A DNA stretch of 64,000 nt from a virus. Lineage: Duplodnaviria; Caudoviricetes. Every line of letters begins with the position of its first letter. Positions within the stretch are counted from its first letter, which is position 1. This document shows, piece by piece, positions 23,185 through 32,960 of the stretch. The DNA is taken from positions 6,487-70,486 of IMG/VR virus record IMGVR_UViG_3300014613_000027; one strand, written 5' to 3'. The notes under the pieces are model-generated. The model ran no database searches and had not been told where the DNA came from. It saw nothing but the letters and a program-made list of their open reading frames with translations. Position numbers and translations under genes: made by a program.

Positions 23185-24005
23185 TAGGTAGAATTCTCGA
23201 AATGCGAGCTAAACATGTTCAAAAATTGGAGAATTTAAAAAACCAAGTAAAAATTTTGAATGAACGTTCAAAAGAAATTGAGGGTAGAATAAAGTTTCTT
23301 GATGAGCTTTTGGAGGGGGCTGAAAGTGAAGTAGTAGTCGAGGATGTACTTCAAGATGGAGAAGAGTACATTGGTATACGAGAAGCTGCTAACCTATTTG
23401 AATGTACATATCCTAATATGCATGCTCATATTAAAAGAGGCAATCTAAAAAGGCTAAGAATAGAAGGTAAGACGGTTGTTAGGAAGGCTGATGTACTGGA
23501 GTTGAAGAGTCAGAAGGGTAGGAGGAAGAGAAGGAAAGTTGGGGAAGTAGCTAAGATAGCCTCTTCAAGGGTACAAAAAGATTCTGGTTGGAGGACGAAA
23601 AAGAGTAATCAAGAAATAGTTTCAGAAATAGTTAAGAGTGATCCTACTAGATGGTGGGCTATTAATGATATTATGGCGGAAGCTGAGGCAAGAGGTTATT
23701 TTACTGAAGTTTTAGTAAACGATAAGAGTGTAAAAAGTGGTTTTCGTGGTGCTTTGTCTAAAATGAAATCAGAATTTGTGCATAAGGTAGATAAACATCC
23801 TACTCTTCCTGAAAAATTTCCTTCTATTTCTTTTTTCAAAGTAAAACCCCCTAGTGTGGAATCCTTTCAGCCTGTAGTAGATTGGGATAAACAACCTTTC
23901 GGGGAAGTGTCGGATCGTTCTTTAGCTAGAAAGTTAGGTAGATGCCAGACTACAGTAAGAGAGCAACGAGTCAAAAGGGGTATTCCTGCATATAAAGGAG
24001 TGTAA
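23166..24005 (+). CDS. Multi-HTH DNA-binding protein
   Basis: Excisionase-like HTH (IGIREAANLFECTYPNM...RGNL) and C-terminal WDKQP-HTH module. Confidence 0.6.
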   Translation: MSEKSVVGRILEMRAKHVQKLENLKNQVKILNERSKEIEGRIKFLDELLEGAESEVVVEDVLQDGEEYIGIREAANLFECTYPNMHAHIKRGNLKRLRIEGKTVVRKADVLELKSQKGRRKRRKVGEVAKIASSRVQKDSGWRTKKSNQEIVSEIVKSDPTRWWAINDIMAEAEARGYFTEVLVNDKSVKSGFRGALSKMKSEFVHKVDKHPTLPEKFPSISFFKVKPPSVESFQPVVDWDKQPFGEVSDRSLARKLGRCQTTVREQRVKRGIPAYKGV

Positions 24006-24010
24006 ATAAA

Positions 24011-24736
24011 ATGTCTGAGCAGTCTTTCATAACTGTATTAGAAGAGTTACGAGATAAATATGTTCGTGAGATAAAGGTTCTTATGCTTAAGGTAGAGGCT
24101 ATGGATGATCTCATTGAAGAGTTTTTGGATAATGTGGCGAAAGAAGCAGAAATTATTGAAGAAGTGGACTTAGCTAAAAGAAAAAAATCTCTTAGAGAAA
24201 TTGTTAATGAAATTATTGATAAGGACCAAACTAAAATATGGACTTCAGGAGAAGTAACTGATGAAGCTATTAGGCTCGGATATTTCCATCCTAGATCAAC
24301 ACCTCGGTATAAAATTCAAAGTAGAATTAATGATATTATGCGGACTTCAAAGAAGCTTGAGTACACAAAGGGTATTAGTCCTATAAGTCTTAAACAGGCT
24401 AATCTTTATAAGTTCTGTGATGCTTTAAAGAAAAATGATAATTTAGATTCGGATGAAATGTACGAGGAACCAATAGTAGTCTTTAACTGGGATGAGCAGC
24501 CTTTTGGAGCGGTTACTGATGCTGCTATAGCTAGGAAACTAGGAGTATCAAGAGAAGCAGTTCGGTGCCAAAGGGCTAAAAGAGGCATTCCAGTATACAA
24601 AAAGAACCCTGCTGCAGTGACTCTAGGTCGTCTTGGTGGAAAGAAGGGTGGTCTAGCTAGGGCTGAGAAACTATCTCCTGAGAGACGTAGCGAGATAGCT
24701 CAGAAAGCTGCTGAAGCCAGATGGGGAGATAAATAA
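24011..24736 (+). CDS. DNA-binding protein with WDEQP-HTH and C-terminal basic KGG-type module
   Basis: DAAIARKLGVSREAVR HTH; NPAAVTLGRLGGKKGGLARAEKLSPERRSEIAQKAAEARW. Confidence 0.6.
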   Translation: MSEQSFITVLEELRDKYVREIKVLMLKVEAMDDLIEEFLDNVAKEAEIIEEVDLAKRKKSLREIVNEIIDKDQTKIWTSGEVTDEAIRLGYFHPRSTPRYKIQSRINDIMRTSKKLEYTKGISPISLKQANLYKFCDALKKNDNLDSDEMYEEPIVVFNWDEQPFGAVTDAAIARKLGVSREAVRCQRAKRGIPVYKKNPAAVTLGRLGGKKGGLARAEKLSPERRSEIAQKAAEARWGDK

Positions 24737-24737
24737 A

Positions 24738-24935
24738 ATGCCTCAACATATTATTGAAAATTGTAAGATTATAAAAGAAACAGAGAAAGCAATTTTGGTT
24801 GAATCTGATGAATTTGATGAGCCAGAGTGGGTTCCTCAGAGCCAAATCCACGAGGATTCAGAGATTTGGAAAGAGGGTGACGAGGGAGATCTGGTAGTCT
24901 CTGAATGGATTGCCGAGCAAAAGGGTTGGATTTAA
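24738..24935 (+). CDS. Small acidic phage protein
   Basis: ETEKAILV...WVPQSQI...VSEWIA pattern common in phage small proteins. Confidence 0.65.
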   Translation: MPQHIIENCKIIKETEKAILVESDEFDEPEWVPQSQIHEDSEIWKEGDEGDLVVSEWIAEQKGWI

Positions 24936-24936
24936 A

Positions 24937-25659
24937 ATGAATGAAATAGAAGCCAGAGATTTCATCCCTAATTTGGAAGAGCAATTCACTCACCAAGAGT
25001 TGAAGAAAGCTTTCAGGTCACAATCATTTTTAGTGCATCCGGATATGGGTGGAAGTGATCATGAGTTCAACTTACTCAAGGAAGCTTATGAATTCCTTCA
25101 AAGTAGGGCTGTTCATACATTAGGAGAGAATGTACACGAGTTTCAAACAGTATGTGGAACTCCTCTGGCTGATCTTGGAAAGGGTCTCCCTTTGACTGTA
25201 TCAGCTCGGGAGTGCGATATATGTAATGGGCTTGGATACAAGGGTTTTAGTGATGAGATGAGAGAAGTTAAGTGTCCTGACTGCGAAGGTGAAGGAGTCT
25301 TCTTTCTGCCATGTAAGAAATGTGGGGGAACTGGTGATTATAAGCATCCAAGATCTGGTAAAGTTGTAGGTAAATGTAATCTCTGTGGGGGAAATGGTAG
25401 GTTCTATCCTAGACATGTAGGAAAAGCATTTGGAACAATGGGGTGGTTTTCTGATCCATTTGGAGTCGGTGTAACTTTACCGAACGGGCAAGAAAGACGG
25501 GCTCATAAGTGTAAAAGATGTAGAGGTAGCGGTACTGTTTGTGTTGAGGATGTAAGAGTTTTGAAATATTTGAAGTGTTTAAAGTGTGAAGGTACAGGAG
25601 AAGAGCAGATTTTCAATCCTGTACTCCCGAGGGGTTATCTAACAGGGCAAAGGAAGTAG
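24937..25659 (+). CDS. DnaJ-like protein (J domain plus CxxCxGxG zinc fingers)
   Basis: LKKAFR...VHPDMGG..F..LKEAYE (HPD motif); six CxxCxGxG repeats. Confidence 0.8.
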   Translation: MNEIEARDFIPNLEEQFTHQELKKAFRSQSFLVHPDMGGSDHEFNLLKEAYEFLQSRAVHTLGENVHEFQTVCGTPLADLGKGLPLTVSARECDICNGLGYKGFSDEMREVKCPDCEGEGVFFLPCKKCGGTGDYKHPRSGKVVGKCNLCGGNGRFYPRHVGKAFGTMGWFSDPFGVGVTLPNGQERRAHKCKRCRGSGTVCVEDVRVLKYLKCLKCEGTGEEQIFNPVLPRGYLTGQRK

Positions 25660-25664
25660 TTCGA

Positions 25665-25922
25665 ATGCTTAAAGAATTAAAGGATTTTGGAAAGGGCTAT
25701 CCAACTAGAGCTGTAGTAGAGGTTTCAGTATTAAAAGAACCTACTCTTATGGTTGAAGAAGAGGTAAGGCTTTTTAGAGGATTTACTGAGTTTGAAAGAA
25801 TAAAATATCTGAAAAGAATTTTAGAAGCTAAGAAACGAACTGCCGATGTTGCTACATTGGATGGCAGATATTTAAAATGGTTCGAGTATATGAAGGAACG
25901 AGAGACAAATGGAGATAGTTAA
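25665..25922 (+). CDS. Hypothetical protein
   Basis: 85-aa ORF. Confidence 0.6.
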   Translation: MLKELKDFGKGYPTRAVVEVSVLKEPTLMVEEEVRLFRGFTEFERIKYLKRILEAKKRTADVATLDGRYLKWFEYMKERETNGDS

Positions 25923-26064
25923 ATGAATAAAGAAGATGCACCATATCCTTGTTGCAATTGTTCACTTTTTGAATCTACGGAGGATGAAAATATGAACCCT
26001 TGCATAATGGGCCGATATATAAGTAGTCAGCATTGTCCAGATTTTGACGAAGACGAGGAAAAAG

Positions 26065-26691
26065 ATGAGTAAAATACAACGATGGTACATAAAACCAAAT
26101 GGAGTGCTTATTCACTGTGATGACTACAATAAGGTTGAAGAAAATTTAGAAGAACAGATCTGCAAGTCCTCCGATGTTGCCGCACTCGAAGCCCGCGCTC
26201 TAGCAGCCGAGGCTGAGAACATGTGCGATGCTTGTATGGGTACAGGTGAACCGACATCAGGCAAGCCTTGTATGTGTGGGGGTACTGGCAAGATGTCCGA
26301 TGCTGCAATTTACCTAAGAGAGCAATTGAATAAAGATGATGTCGAGATCGAGCGGTTGATAATAAGTAGGGCAGCCATTGCCGATGAGCTAGTAATTTTG
26401 CGAAAAGACCTAGACGAAGCCCAGCGCCACTGGGATAAGTCTAACCGACAAGTCGAGCCACTCAAGGCCGAAAACCTGCAATTAAAACTAGAGATAGCTG
26501 CGGGGCGCACCAAGGATGACAAGTTAGAAAAAGAAAACGAGCACCTTAAATGCTGCGGGAATTGTGAACACTATCATTGTGATAGTTATTCCAACCGCTG
26601 TATTATAGCCATAGGCGGAAACAACACTAGGGCGCGAAAGCCTTGTCATGTTTGCGACGACTGGCAGCCCACAGAAAGCAGGGGGGAGTGA
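26065..26691 (+). CDS. Cassette gene 1: Zn-finger/coiled-coil hypothetical protein ending TESRGE
   Basis: CDACMGTG, coiled coil, CCGNCEHY; ends in the conserved junction repeat. Confidence 0.7.
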   Translation: MSKIQRWYIKPNGVLIHCDDYNKVEENLEEQICKSSDVAALEARALAAEAENMCDACMGTGEPTSGKPCMCGGTGKMSDAAIYLREQLNKDDVEIERLIISRAAIADELVILRKDLDEAQRHWDKSNRQVEPLKAENLQLKLEIAAGRTKDDKLEKENEHLKCCGNCEHYHCDSYSNRCIIAIGGNNTRARKPCHVCDDWQPTESRGE

Positions 26692-26694
26692 TGA
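26671..26694 (+). repeat. Gene-junction repeat ACAGAAA(G/C)CAGGGGGGAGTGATGA (copies at 26671, 26919, 27657; partial near 27387)
   Basis: 24-nt direct repeat read from the sequence; contains RBS, stop and start. Confidence 0.9.
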
Positions 26695-26939
26695 TTAGCA
26701 AGAAACAATTGATTGAATTTATTGAATCGCTTGATATTGGATACGCCGAAATAGTTGAGGAGCAAATAGCTCCCGTGCCTAATTTTGACATAACAACAGG
26801 AGAGCGCCTGGGTCCATTTATTCACGATAGAAAACACAGTATTCCACAGCCTCAAAAGCGTTGCTTCTGTTTGGCGATAACCAACACCCCACTGGGAGTG
26901 AGCGAGAGGAAACAAGTAACAGAAAGCAGGGGGGAGTGA
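26691..26939 (+). CDS. Cassette gene 2: hypothetical protein ending TESRGE
   Basis: ATG lies in the TGATG of the junction repeat, after a GGGGGAG RBS. Confidence 0.7.
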   Translation: MISKKQLIEFIESLDIGYAEIVEEQIAPVPNFDITTGERLGPFIHDRKHSIPQPQKRCFCLAITNTPLGVSERKQVTESRGE

Positions 26940-27385
26940 TGAATAAAATAAACCCACGGTACGAAGATGGCGAGCCAATGTGTATTATCGAATGTTGTGT
27001 CGAATGGCCCGGTTATTGCAATTATTATAACCCAAGGGGCATGTGTATTCCCGCTCTAAGACGAGACAGGGATGCGCTTAAAATCGAAAACGAGCGCCTT
27101 AACCGACAAGTCGAGCCACTCAAGGCCGAAAACCTGCAATTAAAACTAGAGATAGCAGCGGGACGAACAAAGGACGATAAGCTTGAAAAAGAAAACGAGC
27201 AGTCGAAAAAGCTCGTGAATAGCCTTGAAGCTCTTTGTAAAAATTGGCAATGGAAAAATGAACAGCTTGAAAAGAGGGTTGAGGAGTTGGAGAAACCCCA
27301 AAAATGTAAATGCCCAAAATGTTCTGGATATGCTCTTTTAGAGTGTGGCCATTATCCAGAGGATTACTGTGATTGTAAAGACTAA
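26939..27385 (+). CDS. Cassette gene 3: Cys-rich/coiled-coil hypothetical protein
   Basis: ATG in the junction repeat; shares a 33-aa block with cassette gene 1. Confidence 0.7.
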   Translation: MNKINPRYEDGEPMCIIECCVEWPGYCNYYNPRGMCIPALRRDRDALKIENERLNRQVEPLKAENLQLKLEIAAGRTKDDKLEKENEQSKKLVNSLEALCKNWQWKNEQLEKRVEELEKPQKCKCPKCSGYALLECGHYPEDYCDCKD

Positions 27386-27410
27386 CCAGGAAAGCAGGTA
27401 GGGGAATGAA

Positions 27411-27677
27411 ATGGAAGAAGAGTGGAGAATATATCTAAAGGAACACGCGCCTGAACTGTACCAGTCTATGCTCGTGTCTATTAGCTGGGCCGCAGAATGG
27501 AGAGATAAACGGATAAAGAAACTCCTCAACAGTGTTGAAGAGATGAAATGTTGCGCTAATTGTGAACACTATGACATAAATGATTGTGGAAAAAATGGGA
27601 GAGACGGGCAGTATGCTGGCCTCGAACATTGCCCAAAGTGGGACACACGTAGGCCCACAGAAACCAGGGGGGAGTGA
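27411..27677 (+). CDS. Cassette gene 4: hypothetical protein ending TETRGE
   Basis: CCANCEHY motif as in cassette gene 1; ends in the junction repeat. Confidence 0.7.
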   Translation: MEEEWRIYLKEHAPELYQSMLVSISWAAEWRDKRIKKLLNSVEEMKCCANCEHYDINDCGKNGRDGQYAGLEHCPKWDTRRPTETRGE

Positions 27678-28408
27678 TGAGGCGGTATATTATAGAATTA
27701 GAGCCTGGTGTATGGCTTGCTAGAGGACAGGGAGATCCTTGCAGAACATTGGTTAGAGCAAAAGCTCGAAAGTATGGCCGCTGGCAAGATGCAAAGACTG
27801 GATTGACTTGGGCACGTAAGTATAGACCGTTCAAGAATGCACAGATTCTAGAGGTTTATGATTTTCTGAAGTGGTTCAATTTAAGACTAGAGGGCTATAA
27901 AAGTCAGATTTTTCCAGCAGCCCTTCAGGAAGCTATGATTAAGAAGTATGAGAAGGAGGGCTCAATACCAGAGTTGGGGGTTAAACCCGAAAATCCGTAT
28001 GGAGGGCACTATGAGGAGGTTGATGAAGCTTATATTGATTATGGTGGGATGTGTTTTACTAATATGAGTATTGCTGAGTTTAAACTTCCTGGAGGTAAGT
28101 TATCTATACCTACAAGGGATATAGAATGCTTTCTTAATAGCCTTAAGAAGGCTGAAATTTGTAATGATTTGAATATTCCTTATTACAAGTTTTATAGTAA
28201 ATGGACTTGTGTTTGTCTATTGCCAGAGCATCGAGATCATTTGATTCCTATATTGGAGGGAGTACTGGAAGAGTCAAAGGAACTCGCCCGTAAAGAGTGG
28301 GATGGTATTTTAGAAGGGATAGAGAGAGTTAACAAGAAGCTGGGTCGGAAGGCTGTTCTTCCGCCAGTTAGAGCGGAGAAGGTACCTTCGGCTTCGGAGA
28401 TGAATTAG
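27677..28408 (+). CDS. Hypothetical protein
   Basis: ORF starts in the junction repeat. Confidence 0.7.
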   Translation: MRRYIIELEPGVWLARGQGDPCRTLVRAKARKYGRWQDAKTGLTWARKYRPFKNAQILEVYDFLKWFNLRLEGYKSQIFPAALQEAMIKKYEKEGSIPELGVKPENPYGGHYEEVDEAYIDYGGMCFTNMSIAEFKLPGGKLSIPTRDIECFLNSLKKAEICNDLNIPYYKFYSKWTCVCLLPEHRDHLIPILEGVLEESKELARKEWDGILEGIERVNKKLGRKAVLPPVRAEKVPSASEMN

Positions 28409-28506
28409 AGGTGGAGTGATGAACTACATCATTTGTAGCAAATGTGGCGATAAAACATACTATAGAGATATGCAAATAGTCATACAAGATGGATGGGTGT
28501 CTGTAA

Positions 28507-28950
28507 TTGATAAAGAGGGAAAGCCTTGTTATCTGTGTCCAGATTGTGCAGACAGTATACTCAAAAAGGGTAAAAGGGGGAAGTAAGGTGGTTAAGTATA
28601 CTGAGTGGATAATGACTAATGTACCCTATAATTGTTATGGGCAATGTAGGGAACGAGTTACTGAAATGCAAAAAATCTTTAACGAGTTAACTGCTGTGCG
28701 GGGGCATTATTATTGTCCTGTATGGGGTAAACGTGAACATTGGTGGTTGGTGGATAAAGATAATGAAATTATTGATCCTACAGCTATGCAATTTCCTAGT
28801 AAAGGTCTTGGAATATATGAGCCTTTTAAAGAAGGTAGTGCTGAGCCTACTGGTATTTGTATGAATTGTGGAGAGTATTGTTATGAAGGTAGGAGTAGTG
28901 CGTGCAGTGAAGTTTGTGATGCTGAGATTAAAGAGTATTATGGGATTTAA
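28507..28950 (+). CDS. Hypothetical protein, possible transglutaminase/papain-like Cys-His-Asp fold (start uncertain)
   Basis: YGQC...EHWWL...IIDPTA spacing. Confidence 0.4.
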   Translation: MIKRESLVICVQIVQTVYSKRVKGGSKVVKYTEWIMTNVPYNCYGQCRERVTEMQKIFNELTAVRGHYYCPVWGKREHWWLVDKDNEIIDPTAMQFPSKGLGIYEPFKEGSAEPTGICMNCGEYCYEGRSSACSEVCDAEIKEYYGI

Positions 28951-29259
28951 TTGAAATCTGGAGGTGAAGTGGTGAAAATTACAATAGATGTTGATATAGA
29001 AAATAATGAAGGAACGGACAGTCCTTGGTGGATTATTATAGATCCCAAACAGAATTTTAATACTAATGAGAGAGGTGTTTATAGTATAGCTGGCATGATT
29101 ACTGGGCCTTTCTTCTCAAGGGTTAAAGCTCAAGCATTCCTTGAAAGAACACGATACAATTTTAGTCAGCATGCGAAGGTTTATTGTCATAGTGGTTGTT
29201 ATTCTCAAGAGTACCGAAATGCAATAAAACAAAACAAACCACCCCAGGAGGTGAAATGA
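28951..29259 (+). CDS. Hypothetical protein
   Basis: 102-aa ORF. Confidence 0.6.
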   Translation: MKSGGEVVKITIDVDIENNEGTDSPWWIIIDPKQNFNTNERGVYSIAGMITGPFFSRVKAQAFLERTRYNFSQHAKVYCHSGCYSQEYRNAIKQNKPPQEVK

Positions 29260-29924
29260 TGGCTGGAAAGAATGATAACTACGAGACGCCGAGATACTTA
29301 GCTGATTGGGCGGTGAAGTATGCTAAGTCGCAGATCTACTCACATAATGAGAAGAGTCTGAGTATCCTGGAGCCAGGTTGTGGAGCAAAGGCACCATTTG
29401 CTAATGCAGGTTTAATAAGGGGTTGTTCAGCAGTAGCGGTAGAGAATAGAGAGGTGATTGAGAGTGAGGTTACTCCCTTTGATGAACTCTTACAGAGGGA
29501 AGGTTCATATTTCTCATTTTATCAAAAGACTGATTTCTTAGAGTCTGATTCTTGGAGGGGTCCTGCTACGAAGTTTGATATAATAGCTACGAATCCCCCA
29601 TTCTCGAAGGCGCTTCCATTTATATGGAAGTCATTAGATTTACTTCAACCCAATGGAGTAATGATTTATCTTTTAAGGTTATCATTTCTATCTTCTAAAC
29701 AAAGGATGCCTTTATATGCTGAGCGACCTCCTGCAGAAGTACATATTTTACAACGTAGACCTTCGTTTAGTTATGATGGGAAGACAGATATGTCGGAGTA
29801 TGCGTTTTTTGTTTGGTTTGGAGAAGAAGCAATGAAGTATATGAGATGTGTTGGTCATACTAATACAGCTTTGAAATGGCTTGATAATGGGACGTTAGAG
29901 AAAGAGTGGAATTCAGTTCCTTAA
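29256..29924 (+). CDS. SAM-dependent amino-type (N6-A/N4-C) DNA methyltransferase
   Basis: DNYETP, ILEPGCG (motif I), IIATNPPF (motif IV), RPSF..DG.TD..EYAFFVW. Confidence 0.8.
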   Translation: MMAGKNDNYETPRYLADWAVKYAKSQIYSHNEKSLSILEPGCGAKAPFANAGLIRGCSAVAVENREVIESEVTPFDELLQREGSYFSFYQKTDFLESDSWRGPATKFDIIATNPPFSKALPFIWKSLDLLQPNGVMIYLLRLSFLSSKQRMPLYAERPPAEVHILQRRPSFSYDGKTDMSEYAFFVWFGEEAMKYMRCVGHTNTALKWLDNGTLEKEWNSVP

Positions 29925-30018
29925 GATCCCATAAAAAAGTATGTTATAGTCCAGGGTACATCAACAATTATTTTGTAGTGACTGAAAGTAATTGTTGAAG
30001 GTTTAACCAGGAGGATAG

Positions 30019-31020
30019 ATGATGAAAGAAGATTGGGTAAAAGTTCCAGCAGGTCTGATGATTTTGACACTGATAGCGTTAGTCCTAGCGGCGGTTACTG
30101 CGTGGGGTAGTAGCCCAGGAAAGACAACAGCAGACATCATTTTTGACGGAGCACAGATAGAAATACGTGAAAAGGCTCAAAAGGAGGTCAAGGATGTAGA
30201 TCTCAGATCTATTATTGATCTGGACAATCTCTGGGAGAAGGATAGCGAAGATACCGAGCTTTGGATACGGTTTGTGCGGGGCATTTTACGTTCTCGTCAG
30301 CAGAAACTAATCAACGGAACAAAAATAATCAAATGGGAAGTCTGTGGAAAGGATGTTCCCGAGGAGGAATATTACTCTAGAGCTACTACATGGGCAATTT
30401 CTTATGTTAAATCTTTAGAGGAGATTGAAAAACAAGAAGGGGTTAAGATTAATCCTTGGGGTGCCTTTGCTACATCGGCTAATGAAGGTGGTTTTAATGA
30501 GTGTTCTCTTAATTATGCTGCTCGAAGATGGGCTTCTAAGCATGTTGGACGTGAGTTAATAACCGAGACTTGGAAAGGTAAAACAGTCAGGCGTAAGGTT
30601 GATAAAAAAGTAGTACCCAAATTCCGACTTACTTATGATAAGGAGACCGTTTGGAGGATTATTAACCATCCTGATTATGCAAAAGGATCTGTAGTAATAA
30701 CGAACAAATGGGGAGTAAAAGAGACAGTTCACATGCATAATAAGTTTGATGGTGGACCTTATCAATTAAGGTTGAAGGTTAAGAATGTAAGCAGGGAACG
30801 TTTTGATTACTTAATGTCCATCCATCCAGGTGTTTATTTAGGTGTAAGAGAGATGGCTAGAAGAGCGTTGGAAGCTCAGAGGTGGCTCAGACTGGATGAA
30901 CCCCATGGGAGACCTTGGTCATTATGGCCTGGATATGGGTCGGCATCTGTTAGTGCCAACTATGACAGAAAGATGATTTCAGTAGCTAGGTGGTTAGGGG
31001 CTAGAAGAGGGGAAATTTAG
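30019..31020 (+). CDS. Signal/membrane-anchored protein, possibly lytic-transglycosylase-like
   Basis: N-terminal hydrophobic helix; ANEGGFNECS, GGPYQL and GVYLGVREM resemble the three SLT motifs. Confidence 0.4.
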   Translation: MMKEDWVKVPAGLMILTLIALVLAAVTAWGSSPGKTTADIIFDGAQIEIREKAQKEVKDVDLRSIIDLDNLWEKDSEDTELWIRFVRGILRSRQQKLINGTKIIKWEVCGKDVPEEEYYSRATTWAISYVKSLEEIEKQEGVKINPWGAFATSANEGGFNECSLNYAARRWASKHVGRELITETWKGKTVRRKVDKKVVPKFRLTYDKETVWRIINHPDYAKGSVVITNKWGVKETVHMHNKFDGGPYQLRLKVKNVSRERFDYLMSIHPGVYLGVREMARRALEAQRWLRLDEPHGRPWSLWPGYGSASVSANYDRKMISVARWLGARRGEI

Positions 31021-31025
31021 CTACC

Positions 31026-31135
31026 CACCTTTCCCTACATTATCCCACTTAAATTAAACTAAATGCATTTATTTCACCTCGGTATATTGACAGGTTCTTA
31101 AAGGTGTCTTATATTCTGAGTATGAGATGCGAAGC
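31026..31135 (+). promoter_or_regulatory. Sigma70-type early promoter with long upstream element, copy 2
   Basis: TTGACA 31087-31092, 17 nt, TATATT 31110-31115; near-identical over ~110 nt to the copy at 36112. Confidence 0.85.
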
Positions 31136-31151
31136 ACAAAAAGAGGCTAAA

Positions 31152-32960
31152 ATGAACCATTCACAAAAATTACATCTTAAAGAATCCTTAGAAAAAACTG
31201 ACAGAGCTGGTATATATAGTTTAACTACAAAAGAACAAAGAGAAGCATTACAATTTAGAACAAAAAGAGAAGCCTCGTCTTTTTCAAAAATTGTTGGATG
31301 GAATGCTAATGATGTAATACGTAGAGATATTATGGGCTTTATTATATGGGTTATAAGTGATCCACATTTGAATATGTTAACAGCAAGAGGTGCTCTTAGG
31401 TGTCTTTTGCAAAAAGGAATAGATCCTTCAATAATGGAGGTAAAGTAATGGGATCTTTTCTAAAAGCATCTACTGAGTTTATTAAATCCGTTCATTGTGA
31501 AGACGATGGTTTTTGTAGTTTTCATGACTATAAGACTGATGAAGAAATAATAATTGATGGTTTCATAGAAGATAAGCACGGTGAGGGTTGGTTAGCTGTT
31601 GTCAGAAGAAACGGAGAAGAGCAAATTTCTAAGGTTCTACATTTTTCTAAGATTATAGAATTTATTAAATTATATGAAGAAGAGCTTGCATATGAAGAAA
31701 ACAAGGGTGATTCCGAGCATAATTGTTTAGTTCATGATGAAGCTCAAGCGGAAATAGATAAGAATATTTGTCCATCATGCGGTTACGCTGGTGAGTACAT
31801 AAGTGGTGATGACGTATATTTTGGTTATGTGGGTTGGCCAATTTGCCCTGAGTGTCGGGTAAGCTAAGGAGGAATAAATGTCTGATTGGTATAAGAAGGG
31901 TTTTGATGAGGGTCACGGACGAGAAAGCCGGGAGCCAGATAATGACTATTTTAAACATGACGGCGATCAATATGATTACAACAAAGGGCGCGAAGACGGG
32001 GAACGGCGTCAACGCATTAATGAAGAGTTAGAAAAGGAGGGTTATTAAAATGGGGTTACCTGCAAGATTACTAAATACTTTTATTTCTAGGGAAGATCTT
32101 TTAAAGGAGTCAACTTGTAGTGTTTTTCTTATGTGTGAATTTCTTGAACTTTTTCTTCCTACTGAGACTGTAGTTACAAAACCTCAGATTGTAACTCCTC
32201 TTACAGCCCGAGTGTATAGGACTATGCAGTATTTAGTAGAACCTCCAAGGCATCCTATGAGATCTCTTTTATGTTATGAGGAATTAATTAAGAAAGGGGA
32301 TTTTCAAGGTACTGGAAATGAGGTTGAAGTTTACTTATGGGAGGTTTGGACTGATAGTGGAGAGGATGGTCATATTGGTTATGAGCATCGCGGGTATGTC
32401 TTAAGTACTCTTGAACCAGAAGGTGAATGTTATCCTGTAGACATTTTTCTTCCTTGGAATTGGCCAAAAGAAGATTTAGTGTTTTAAAATAAGGGATATG
32501 GAGGACTAAATGATAAAAGGTGTTGTGTATTTCTGCTCATTCTGTGATTATTTTTGTTTTAGTGTTTCGGAGATGGAAGAACATGAGGTGGATTGTAGTT
32601 CTAAGTCAAAAAAGAGTTGGCTTGATTGTGGAGAAGATAACTGTCGTAGACATACAAATAGGGTAGACCAGAAGTACTGTAGGAAATGCCTAGAAATATT
32701 GAACAAGGAGACTAAGTAGAATGGATGAAAGACAGTTTAGAAAATGGTTTTTACTGGCTATGGAAGATCTTATAGAAGACAGAGAAACAATTTCGTTTAT
32801 GGGCGGTGCTACAGCGGATGATATGCAGAATAAACTTGAAAATGAAGAGTGGAGAGAAGAGTTTATTAAGAAGGGGAACCAGGGTATCTATCTCGGAGAA
32901 ACTGGTGTTCTATATTTTAATGGCATACCTATTAGTGAATTGAGAAAAGACGAAGATTAG
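31152..32960 (+). other. Run of small hypothetical CDSs: 31152-31448, 31448-31867, 32050-32487, 32510-32719 (CxxC..HxxxC Zn finger), 32721-32960
   Basis: Tightly packed + strand ORFs, most with GGAG-type RBSs, downstream of promoter copy 2. Confidence 0.65.
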
